Positions 8,252 to 16,943 of a stretch of 64,000 bases of DNA are shown here, in pieces; position 1 is the first letter of the stretch, and each line of letters starts with the position of its first letter. The position numbers were made by a program, and so were the translations under genes. This DNA is from Gammaproteobacteria bacterium. Its GTDB lineage: Bacteria > Pseudomonadota > Gammaproteobacteria > Eutrophobiales > Eutrophobiaceae. Location: NCBI GenBank assembly GCA_965248145.1, contig OZ252091.1, positions 3,047,222 through 3,111,221 of the forward strand, in the 5' to 3' direction. The notes under the pieces were generated by a model. It made no database searches. It had not been told where the DNA came from and was given only the letters and a program-made list of their open reading frames with translations.

Positions 8252-9325
8252 TTACTGCCATGATGGTTTAATTATCTGTTCAAGCAAGACCTCAGCCGCT
8301 TCTGCACCCCTCGCTTTTTCATCCTTGAGATCAAGGTAACACTGAATTAGTGATACCACGGATTGTCCCTGTATATTGCGAGTTCCGTAATATACCCCGT
8401 CATCATAGGGCGAAATAATCCTGACATTGCCGCCTGATGTCATCGGTTTAAATGGCAGTTCCTTTATATTTCTCTCTAAAATATCCATATAAACAGCAAC
8501 TGTCCTGTAGGTTGTAAACGGAGCATATCGTGACGCACCGGAAAAACTGGTGAAGGCATACCGGGTCTGTGCCCGGCTACAGAAATCACCGATCTTTGAC
8601 TCAATGTCTCCTACCGATCCCATATCATAAAACTGGTACGCAGTATTCCGATCCGACTGATACTCGGACAACCAGTTAGCAAGTAGTTGAGAGGGTTCAG
8701 TCAATTTGATCCCTCGTTTCTGATCCTGTATCCATTCTCGTTCAAGCAGCAACTTACGAACATTGGAAACCTGACCAACACTGACATCGGCAGCTTCAGC
8801 AAGTTCCATTGCCAGCCACTGACGATCAGGTTCGCATAACAAAGTTCGCAATATCCGCTCGGCTTTGGGTTTGAACAAGGATTTCAATTCACTTTTCCTG
8901 GGAAAGCGATTCGGATTTCCCTTTATCTCTATAAATATCGAGTCGAAATGTAACCAGCAATTGCCGGAGAAATCGATGTAGCCGATCCTGTTACTTTTGC
9001 AAATCTCGGCTGAAGCCTCAGAAATATACGGCGCAACAAATACACCATAATCACCGGGTCGTTTGTGTTGGAGTACAATCAACTGGTTAACAGCAGAGCG
9101 CGCTGAACGGGGTTGACCGGATGCATTGATTTCAACCAGCAAGGTTTTCCTGTCATTCTGTTTCCGGAAAGAGACAAGGAGGTCGGCGCGATAATTCTCA
9201 ACCCAGCTTTCCGGTTCAACGCGGAGTTCCATCAACTCCGGGATTCGTTGTAAGGTAGACAAAATTACTTTCCTGGCTTCTTCAATTTGGATTTCTTCTT
9301 TTATCATTAAAATGAATATAATCAA
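8252..9325 (-). CDS. AbiEi-like winged-helix regulator with an N-terminal nuclease-fold-like domain
   Basis: 357 aa. The N-terminus has ADLLVSF...LLVEINASGQP, a D...ExN/K-like pattern. The middle has FKPKAERILRTLLCEPDRQWLAMELAEAADVSVGQVSNVRKLLLEREWI (wHTH). I recall the C-terminal region from proteins annotated as type IV TA AbiEi-family antitoxins. The family assignment is from memory only. Confidence 0.55.
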   Translation of the reverse strand: MIIFILMIKEEIQIEEARKVILSTLQRIPELMELRVEPESWVENYRADLLVSFRKQNDRKTLLVEINASGQPRSARSAVNQLIVLQHKRPGDYGVFVAPYISEASAEICKSNRIGYIDFSGNCWLHFDSIFIEIKGNPNRFPRKSELKSLFKPKAERILRTLLCEPDRQWLAMELAEAADVSVGQVSNVRKLLLEREWIQDQKRGIKLTEPSQLLANWLSEYQSDRNTAYQFYDMGSVGDIESKIGDFCSRAQTRYAFTSFSGASRYAPFTTYRTVAVYMDILERNIKELPFKPMTSGGNVRIISPYDDGVYYGTRNIQGQSVVSLIQCYLDLKDEKARGAEAAEVLLEQIIKPSWQ

Positions 9326-9569
9326 TAAATGTTGAAAATATCATAAATAGTGAAAATATGATATAAAATCAGATAATTCATACAATCATCTATAAGTGAA
9401 TAAAATATAACTGATTGTTAGTATAGATATAATTAAGGTAATAACAAAGCAATTCCTTCATTTATCTCTAATTGATGGAATTATCCATATAATGGTGCAT
9501 ATTTTATATATTAATTGATATAATTAAATTGACGTCAAACTTATTACTATCGTCCGACAATAATCAAAT
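9326..9569. promoter_or_regulatory. AT-rich divergent control region between the AbiEi-like gene and the STAND gene
   Basis: 244 bp, strongly AT-rich. It contains the dyad tgaaaatatcataaatagtgaaaatatgatat (atatcat / atgatat arms) and several TATAAT-like hexamers. No promoter was mapped. Confidence 0.35.
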
Positions 9570-12500
9570 ATGACAAAAACTGTAAATAAGGAACACACTG
9601 CGATAACCAGGTACGATTCGTCCACTGATATACAGGGACGCATAAAACTTATGACAGCCTTGCAGCAACATCTGCAATACCATCTCGGCGGAACACAGGC
9701 CCAAAAGGCTGAAACACTCGGTATAACCCAACCTCGCTTGAACGAATTGATCAAAGGCCGCTCTGATAAATTCAGCCTTGATGCTCTTGTATCACTAGCT
9801 AATAAAGCTGGACTACGAGTAAACGTGAGCGTACAGAATGTACAAATCCATACAGGTCCGGTCTTAAGTAGTCAAAATATTACTCCCATACATACGACAT
9901 TTGCCCCTGCTCCAAGTGAATTAGGCAAATTGGATTCAAGACAGGGTACAGACTTGTTTCTCAGACTATTGCGATGTGAAGCCATCGCCAACGGGCTTGG
10001 GCCAAAAGATGTCGTATTGTCTTCAAACATCAATGCACCGGATGGAGGGATTGACGCAAAGGTAGAGAATTCTCCGATCTCCGGTTCTCTATTGGAAAAA
10101 GGCAGCACGTATTATCAAATCAAGACAGGTGATGATTTTAAACCCTGGCAACTCAGCATCTTGAAGAAAGAATTATTTAGAAAATCGAATGCTACACCGT
10201 CAAAACAGCGCCTAGGCAGCGAGGTAAAAAACTGCCTCGAACAGAACGGGACTTACGCCCTAATCACCTTCGGATATGACCTGCTGCCAAATCAGCACAC
10301 GGAAATAGTCAAGCACCTGACGAGTTTGTTTAACGAATGTGGTTACACCAATCCAAAAGTACATGTGTACGGACAAGGGCAGATAGTTGGTGAATTGGAT
10401 AAATACCCTTCAATCTGTCTTGATTTAATCGGTCTTGACGACGCTAGATTTATGTCTATTGAAGGTTGGAGAAATAACGCCCAAATGCAGGGTAGGCCCG
10501 AACTTGGAGGTGAACAGGAGACCTTAATCAAGGACATAAGAGCGGCACTGCAGGAAAATGCCGTTCAACATATCCGTATCACTGGTGAACCAGGTATCGG
10601 TAAAACCCGGTTAGTGCTTGAAACGCTGGATGTTGATGAAATCAGACCATCGGTCATCTATGTGCTAACAGGTGAGGATTTTCAAAAGAGCAAATTATTT
10701 AATGAACTGTTGAAGCCTGACAGAACCTATTCCGTCGCATTGGTGATTGATGATTGTGATAATCGTGACAGGGTGCAGATCTGGTCGGCGCTGAAGGGTC
10801 GTGGAGGCATTAAATTAATTACGATAGATCATGAGCCTGACGAAACCCACGACAGCGCCATGCGGATATATCACTGTCCCCAACTTCCCGAAGAGCAAAT
10901 CAAAAATATCCTGTTCAGTTATCTCAAACAACAGGCAGATTTAAGTAATTGGTCAGAGTGGTGTGGTGGGTCTCCTCGTGTCGCTCACCTGGTCGGTGAA
11001 AATCTAAAAAGTAATCCAGATGACTTACTGAAATCACCTGCTGATGTCTCTATATGGGAACGATTTATCATTGGGCATAAGGAGATGGCGAGCCATGAAG
11101 CGAGGCAGTATCGGACTGTACTGCGCCATATTGCGTTGTTTCATCGCTTCGGATTTGAACCACCGGTAAGTGATGAGGCGAAATTTATTTCAGGTCTGGT
11201 TGAACAAGTGGACCCGAATATCACCTGGGGCCGATTCCAGCAAATTGTGCAGCACTACCGGGACAAACGCATTTTACAGGGGAGGTACACCTTGTTCATC
11301 GTTCCAAAAATGTTACATGTGTATTTATGGGTACAATTTTGGAAGCATCATGATCACGGAATTCAATTTCAGTCATTCCTGGAACAGGTACCCGAGAGTA
11401 TGAGACGATGGTTATTAGAGTTATTTATTTATGCTGAAGAAGCACAGGAAGCTCAATCTGTCGTCAAGCGAATTTTATCGCCATCTGGACCATTCTCCAA
11501 GACGGATTTTTTTAAATCCGAAGTTGGAATGCGATTTCTGAACTACCTATCTGAAGCAGATCCTTCAGGTACGCTGGCCCTATTGGAAAGAACAATTAAA
11601 ACATGGTCACCGGAAGAATTATATTCCTGGCGTATTGACCGCCAGGATATTGTATGGGCATTGGAAAAGATTGCAGTCTGGGATGAATTGTTTGTCCGCG
11701 CGGTATATGTATTAATCCCCATGGCAATGGCAGAAAATTCGAGTCATTCAAATAACTCTAAGGGACTGTTACTCAGTTTATTCCAAATTGGGCCAGGGTG
11801 GGCTCCAACGCAGGCTCCTCCATCCAAGCGTTTTCCAATCTTACAGGAACTGGTCATGAGTGATGATGCCAGTCGGCGTTCCCTGGGGCTGGAAACGTGT
11901 GAGAAGTGGCTATCAGAGCACAGTGACTCTCGGATAGTTGGCGCGGAGTACCAAGGGGCAAAACCTTCTATCGAATTCTGGCGCCCCGAGACATACGGTG
12001 AAATGTTCGACTGTTGGCGCCAGGTATTACAATTCTTGCGTACAGAGATGAAGGGATTTGAGATAGATGATCGTAATGAAGCAGTAAAAATACTGGTCAA
12101 TGCCGCCTATGGTTTTGTGCATATAGAAGCAGTAGCCAATGAAGTAATGGACATCTTGTTTGAGCTTGTCGAAGACAAGGATATAGATCGTAGGCCACTG
12201 ATTCAATTTGCTATACAACATCTGAACCAATCAGATGAAGAAATTGATAAAACAACTCTTAACAGAATCCGGCAATTGGACAGAGTTATAGCCGGTACGT
12301 CACTTTGGGAAAGAACCATCCGCTATATCCTGTCAAGTAGTGATCTAGAAGACTATAGATTTAGCGGAGGAAAAGTTAAAGAATCTGATCTACCAGGTAA
12401 ACGGGTAAAAAACTTGACGGAAGAATACACAAAGGACCTTGATGTATTCTCCGAATACATACCAAAACTGGTCACGGCGTCTGGCTATCGACTATCTGAT

Positions 12501-13640
12501 CTGGGGAAAGAATGTGGAAAGCTGGCTGTGACGGAATTTGATGGACCAATAATTAACTATATAGAAATCAGCGGCGATACATGTAATGGCCAATTCTTTG
12601 GAGGCTATCTTGCAGGTATTCGCACTCATGACGTAGCCCGTTACGAAAACCTGTTACGCCGTTTATTAAATAACGAGGCAACTCAAAAGATCGCCATAAA
12701 CTGCATAAGGTACTCTGGCTTTACCGAGCTAATTATGCAGGATATGTTGGCACTGCTGAAGAGCCGGCAATTAAGAGCAGGGGACTTTGAGGGATTCGCT
12801 TTTATGAAGGATACCAAGGGTATATCAGACAATCTGTTTCAACAGGTTATTTACACTCTTCTGGCTCTTGGAGATGATACTTCTATTAAGATCTGTACAG
12901 AAGCTATCCACAGTTATTACTTTGGCGAAACAGCCACAGGCGAAATTCCCGAAGAACTGATCTTCGACATATTGAGTAAAGTGCCTTCTAGTAATAGACG
13001 TGATCAAATGCATGGATATTATTGGGAAAAAATAGCCAAGGAATTTCTCAAAGAACATCTACACCGAAAATTGGAACTATTTAATATAATTTTGCGTGAT
13101 GCAGGAAGAATTTCCCGTTATGGGAATATGGCTGAACTAGCCGATGAAATCGTGAAGGACCATCCTGATGATTCATGGAAAATTATTTCAGAACTTCTTG
13201 AAACCGAACCAATAAAGCGGCATCAACTTATTTCCTGGTTGGGCGATAGTAGCACGGGAGATACTCGGAAATATGGTGCTATTCGCAATATGCCAGCAAG
13301 CGCTATTATCGACTGGGTCAAAGCCGACCTAGGTAATCGATGCTGGTTAATTCAAGGATTTTTACCAAAAACTTTGGATAAAACAGAAGGCCTATTGACT
13401 CGTTTATTTATCGAAGAATTCTGCGATGATACTCAAATATCTGACAGCCTTTTTGTATTTTTTCTCTCGGGCGGTAGAAGGGGACCAGAAAGTGAGTACC
13501 TATCTGGAATACGGGACGCCGCAAGGCAATGGATGGCAGATATTTCGTCTCCCAAGATACAAGCATGGTTAGGAAAATTTATTGATTTTCTAAACGACCG
13601 AATTGAAGCATCACAAATCCGAGAGGAACGCGAATTCTAG
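9570..13640 (+). CDS. 1356-aa multidomain protein: HigA2/XRE-type HTH, Mrr-like PD-(D/E)xK nuclease, STAND-type P-loop NTPase, long helical repeat region (Avs-like architecture)
   Basis: HTH at aa ~45-85: QKAETLGITQPRLNELIKGRSDKFSLDALVSLANKAGLRV. Nuclease-like region at aa ~129-186: FLRLLRCEAIANGLGPKDVVLSSNINAPDGGIDAKV...YYQIKTG. Walker A at aa 339-346: GEPGIGKT. Walker B: VALVIDDCDN. About 950 aa of helical sequence follows. Confidence 0.65.
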   Translation: MTKTVNKEHTAITRYDSSTDIQGRIKLMTALQQHLQYHLGGTQAQKAETLGITQPRLNELIKGRSDKFSLDALVSLANKAGLRVNVSVQNVQIHTGPVLSSQNITPIHTTFAPAPSELGKLDSRQGTDLFLRLLRCEAIANGLGPKDVVLSSNINAPDGGIDAKVENSPISGSLLEKGSTYYQIKTGDDFKPWQLSILKKELFRKSNATPSKQRLGSEVKNCLEQNGTYALITFGYDLLPNQHTEIVKHLTSLFNECGYTNPKVHVYGQGQIVGELDKYPSICLDLIGLDDARFMSIEGWRNNAQMQGRPELGGEQETLIKDIRAALQENAVQHIRITGEPGIGKTRLVLETLDVDEIRPSVIYVLTGEDFQKSKLFNELLKPDRTYSVALVIDDCDNRDRVQIWSALKGRGGIKLITIDHEPDETHDSAMRIYHCPQLPEEQIKNILFSYLKQQADLSNWSEWCGGSPRVAHLVGENLKSNPDDLLKSPADVSIWERFIIGHKEMASHEARQYRTVLRHIALFHRFGFEPPVSDEAKFISGLVEQVDPNITWGRFQQIVQHYRDKRILQGRYTLFIVPKMLHVYLWVQFWKHHDHGIQFQSFLEQVPESMRRWLLELFIYAEEAQEAQSVVKRILSPSGPFSKTDFFKSEVGMRFLNYLSEADPSGTLALLERTIKTWSPEELYSWRIDRQDIVWALEKIAVWDELFVRAVYVLIPMAMAENSSHSNNSKGLLLSLFQIGPGWAPTQAPPSKRFPILQELVMSDDASRRSLGLETCEKWLSEHSDSRIVGAEYQGAKPSIEFWRPETYGEMFDCWRQVLQFLRTEMKGFEIDDRNEAVKILVNAAYGFVHIEAVANEVMDILFELVEDKDIDRRPLIQFAIQHLNQSDEEIDKTTLNRIRQLDRVIAGTSLWERTIRYILSSSDLEDYRFSGGKVKESDLPGKRVKNLTEEYTKDLDVFSEYIPKLVTASGYRLSDLGKECGKLAVTEFDGPIINYIEISGDTCNGQFFGGYLAGIRTHDVARYENLLRRLLNNEATQKIAINCIRYSGFTELIMQDMLALLKSRQLRAGDFEGFAFMKDTKGISDNLFQQVIYTLLALGDDTSIKICTEAIHSYYFGETATGEIPEELIFDILSKVPSSNRRDQMHGYYWEKIAKEFLKEHLHRKLELFNIILRDAGRISRYGNMAELADEIVKDHPDDSWKIISELLETEPIKRHQLISWLGDSSTGDTRKYGAIRNMPASAIIDWVKADLGNRCWLIQGFLPKTLDKTEGLLTRLFIEEFCDDTQISDSLFVFFLSGGRRGPESEYLSGIRDAARQWMADISSPKIQAWLGKFIDFLNDRIEASQIREEREF

Positions 13641-13695
13641 TTCAGTATCTCCCAGCTCAAGCAAGGAGTAAACATAAGGAATAAAATTATTCGCT

Positions 13696-13766
13696 ACAAA
13701 AAAACAGCCGCGTTAGTGGCGGCTGTCGGGCCGTGGGTCCTGTTAAGGATACCAACGGTGTAGTTG
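13696..13766. repeat. 70-bp direct repeat, copy 2 (terminator-type hairpin with no minus-strand gene to terminate)
   Basis: See 8103-8172. Confidence 0.85.
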
Positions 13767-13890
13767 ACCAAATTATATGAAAAAATAAAATTTTGTCAAA
13801 CAAGTTTTTTACTTCAACTTAATTTAATAACCGAAAATCCTGGCATCAAACGTGTCTGGTGTCGAAACAAGGATTAGAATCTACTAAAAA

Positions 13891-14508
13891 ATGAAAAAAG
13901 CAATGGTATATATTGATGGGTTTAACCTGTACTACGGTATTCGGAGTCTGAATAAGCCCAATCTCAAGTGGCTAAACGTGCAAAAATTGGCTGAAAGTTT
14001 CCTGCATAAGGGTACTCAATTGGTACAGGTTAAATACTTTACAGCCATGCTCAACGGAAATGTCGAAAAATCTAATCGCCAAAAGCACTATCTCAAGGCA
14101 TTAAAGGAACATACTACTCATTTAACCATAGTCAAAGGGCACTTTTTGATAAAGGGTTTTAACTGCCGAAAATGCAATTATCACAATGAAACTTTTGAAG
14201 AAAAGCAATCGGACGTTAATCTTTCTTGCGAATTATTAGCGGATACTTATGAAGATTGCTTCGATATTGCTTTTGTTGTTAGCGGCGATAGTGATTTGGC
14301 AACGCCAGTATCGAAAGCAGTTACTAAAGGTAAATCTGTTATAGTTGCCAACCCGCCGAACAGGAAAAGCCAGGCCCTCTTAAGAGCAGCAAGTAACGGA
14401 TTCAGCATTAATCTAAGACGCTTAAGGTCCTGTACACTTCCTCAACAATTCACGACCGAAAATGGTAGCTTCACAATGCCGGAAGAATGGCAGGTAAAAG
14501 TGAAATAG
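13891..14508 (+). CDS. NYN-domain (LabA/PIN-like) putative ribonuclease with an inserted CxxC pair
   Basis: MVYIDGFNLYYG at the N-terminus, EKQSDVNL and VVSGDSDLATPV are the conserved acidic motifs of NYN domains. CRKCNYHNETFEE lies between them. Confidence 0.75.
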   Translation: MKKAMVYIDGFNLYYGIRSLNKPNLKWLNVQKLAESFLHKGTQLVQVKYFTAMLNGNVEKSNRQKHYLKALKEHTTHLTIVKGHFLIKGFNCRKCNYHNETFEEKQSDVNLSCELLADTYEDCFDIAFVVSGDSDLATPVSKAVTKGKSVIVANPPNRKSQALLRAASNGFSINLRRLRSCTLPQQFTTENGSFTMPEEWQVKVK

Positions 14509-14577
14509 CAATTCAAAAACACGGCATACCCATCGCATACACTAATGCGATAGGTATTTAAACTATCTTCGGCTCCT

Positions 14578-15305
14578 TTACGTCATCACCATCGTTTCCG
14601 TATCACCAGCCGCCAGTGCGTTCATGTATGCCAGGATAAGGTCTTTAGTGCGATAACGACCAAACTTGGCTTCATCTTCCTTGCGGACGATAGGAAAAGT
14701 ATCAAGTACGTAACTCGCATCTTCCCTGGTCAAGCCGTAAAGGTGGAAATACAATGCATCAAGTCGGGCGCGTAGGTGACGGCGCTCCTCTTCGTCCCAA
14801 GTAAACGGTGGGTTGTCGTATCCGAGATCGCGGGCGAAGGGTTCCATGTCATGGGAGGTATAGGTAAGACGTAACACATGATCGCAAATAAGTTTACTGG
14901 CACTCTTGTCACCGAAGGTCCTATCATAATCGCCGGGTTTGATGACAGGAAGTTGCTCAAGCAAGTACAAAGTAAAATTATTACCAGGCACCTTTTGTCG
15001 AGCAACAAAATCGAACAAGAAAGTGTTTAAGTTCGCTACTATTAAACAGCCAGTTCGTGGTGTGTTGCCTAAGTCCTCTGATATTGTTAGGAGGTTTAAA
15101 GAATGCCCGGCACCGACTTTCGGTAATATGGCGGCTATCATCGTTCTTATGTTGGTTGTAGCCGTAACATTTTTGAAAGCAATAATCCAATCGTAATTTG
15201 AAACCCATTTTGTATCATTGAGTTGCACAAAATATCTTGATAGTGGTAAACGATTAAAATTCTGTTTTTCCGTTGTTGGAATAGTTTCTTGTTGACCACC
15301 CCCTC
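14578..15305 (-). pseudogene. C-terminal fragment of the type IIG restriction-modification gene cut by the IS3-family element
   Basis: The reading frame of ORF 14578..15228 stays open upstream to the IS boundary (GGGQQETIPTTEKQNFNRLPLSRYFVQLNDTKW...). It continues the theme of the N-terminal fragment, which ends ...FDHRAADTTINQENLFRPG. Confidence 0.75.
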
Positions 15306-15372
15306 TGTCAGGATAGTTGTCGCCTCACTTGAGTTATTATAAACAAAGTTAGAGGGCGATAGAGAGAACAAG

Positions 15373-15870
15373 ATGTCACATTATTCAGCAGAACGAAAAG
15401 AGGCCGTAATGCAGCAGATGATGCCGCCGCATAATATGCCGATACCGCGGTTAGCAGAGGAGACGGGCATCTCAGATGTCACGTTGTACAGTTGGCGCAA
15501 ACAAGCCAGGGTCGAGGGGATTGCCGTGCCAGCCGCTGGAAAGAATCCGGAGGAGTGGTCATCACAAGACAAGTTTGCCATTGTTCTGGAAGCGGCCTCG
15601 TTGAATGAGGCTGAACTGGCCGAGTACTGTCGCAAGAAGGGCCTGTACGTTGAGCAGGTCGCGTCCTGGCGGAAAGCCTGTCTACAGGCCAATGCCAGTA
15701 GCGCCGCCCAGGCCAAAATCCAACGAGAACAAACAAAGCAAGATCGTCAACAGATCAAGCAACTGGCAGGTGAACTGCGGCGTAAGGAAAAAGCGCTGGC
15801 CGAAGCGGCTGCCCTACTGCTTCTCCAAAAAAAAGCCCAGGCGACCTGGGGGGGAGGAGGGGACGAATGA
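15373..15870 (+). CDS. IS3-family transposase OrfA (HTH)
   Basis: PRLAEETGISDVTLYSWRKQ is the HTH, followed by a leucine-zipper-like C-terminus. Confidence 0.9.
   Translation: MSHYSAERKEAVMQQMMPPHNMPIPRLAEETGISDVTLYSWRKQARVEGIAVPAAGKNPEEWSSQDKFAIVLEAASLNEAELAEYCRKKGLYVEQVASWRKACLQANASSAAQAKIQREQTKQDRQQIKQLAGELRRKEKALAEAAALLLLQKKAQATWGGGGDE
15827..15835 (+). promoter_or_regulatory. Programmed -1 ribosomal frameshift slippery run (CAA AAA AAA G) for the OrfAB fusion
   Basis: An A8 run lies in the orfA frame. The -1 frame is open from here into orfB (PKKSPGDLGGRRGRMISHF...). Confidence 0.7.
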
Positions 15871-16919
15871 TCAGTCATTTCGATCGTCGTCATGCGGTCG
15901 AATTGATAGACGAAGCCGTGACAGCCGGCGCCCGACAACACCAGGCCTGCGCCATCCTGGAGCTCAGTGCTCGCACCTACCAACGTTGGACACAGGATGT
16001 GGCGGTACTAAGTGATGCTCGTCCCAGTGCTGAACGACCGGTACCGTCCAACAAACTCAGTGTCGAGGAACGACAGGTCATCCTTGCGCTGAGTAACAGC
16101 CCGACATTCCGTAGTCTGCCACCGAGTCAGATTGTGCCCATCCTGGCCGATGAGGGACGTTATCTGGCTTCGGAGTCGACCTTCTACCGGGTCTTGCGGG
16201 AGGCAGAGCAGCAACACCACAGAGGTCGCAGTAAAGCACCACAACACAAGCCCTTGAGTACCCACTGTGCCAGCGGCCCCAATCAGGTGTGGTGTTGGGA
16301 TATCACCTGGCTGCCGGGACCGGTCCGTGGTCTGTTTTATTACCTCTACCTGGTCTTGGATCTCTACAGTCGCAAGATTGTGGCCTGGGAGGTTCATGAG
16401 AGTGAGGCCAGTGAGTTGGCCGCGCAACTGATTCACAAAGCGTGTCTGACGGAAGGTATTGTGGCACAACCGCTGGTATTGCACTCGGACAATGGTAGTC
16501 CCATGAAAGGAACCAGCATGCTGGAGACCCTGCGCTGGCTGGGTGTGACACCATCGTTCTCCCGACCGCGAGTCAGCAACGACAATGCCTATGCTGAATC
16601 AGTGTTCCGAACTTGCAAGTACCGACCGAACTATCCGGTGAACGGGTTTGCCAGCATCGATGAGGCCAGAGCATGGGTGTTGTCCTTTAGTCGTTGGTAT
16701 AACACGGAGCATAAACACAGCGGGTTGAAGTTCACAACACCAGAGCAGCGTCATACTGGTGTAGCGACAGCCATACTTGCGCATCGTAAACACCTATATA
16801 GAGAAGCAAGAGAGCATCACCCGAATCGATGGCGTGGTGATATCAGGAACTGGGAGTTACCAGAGAAAGTCTGGTTGAACCCGGAGAAAGAACAGCCCGA
16901 ATTAAATAAGGCTGCGTAG
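15867..16919 (+). CDS. IS3-family transposase OrfB (DDE/rve integrase core)
   Basis: WCWDITWLP, LVLHSDNGSPMKG and NAYAESVFRTCKYR. Confidence 0.9.
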   Translation: MISHFDRRHAVELIDEAVTAGARQHQACAILELSARTYQRWTQDVAVLSDARPSAERPVPSNKLSVEERQVILALSNSPTFRSLPPSQIVPILADEGRYLASESTFYRVLREAEQQHHRGRSKAPQHKPLSTHCASGPNQVWCWDITWLPGPVRGLFYYLYLVLDLYSRKIVAWEVHESEASELAAQLIHKACLTEGIVAQPLVLHSDNGSPMKGTSMLETLRWLGVTPSFSRPRVSNDNAYAESVFRTCKYRPNYPVNGFASIDEARAWVLSFSRWYNTEHKHSGLKFTTPEQRHTGVATAILAHRKHLYREAREHHPNRWRGDIRNWELPEKVWLNPEKEQPELNKAA

Positions 16920-16943
16920 GCTCGGGCGACAACTATGTTGACA

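Larger units (their letters stand above)
15306..16943 (+). mobile_element. IS3-family insertion sequence (1638 bp)
   Basis: Terminal inverted repeats are tgtcaggatagttgtcgcc (15306-15324) and ggcgacaactatgttgaca (16925-16943). Ends are TG...CA. orfA and orfB are arranged with a -1 frameshift. Confidence 0.9.

Noticed and set aside
8018-8252. Possibility that the 70-bp repeat encodes a small RNA. On the minus strand the conserved ~40 nt precede the terminator hairpin.
   Set aside because: I found no promoter and no stable extra structure by eye. Copy 1 is adequately explained as the 3' UTR and terminator of the 357-aa gene. This remains testable by RNA-seq, as noted in the cassette finding.
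14730-15371. Small ORFs 14730..15008, 14939..15196, 14981..15208 and 15147..15371 in and around the R-M C-terminal fragment.
   Set aside because: They overlap the better-supported R-M frame, which continues the upstream fragment and has family-like sequence. They have no independent support.
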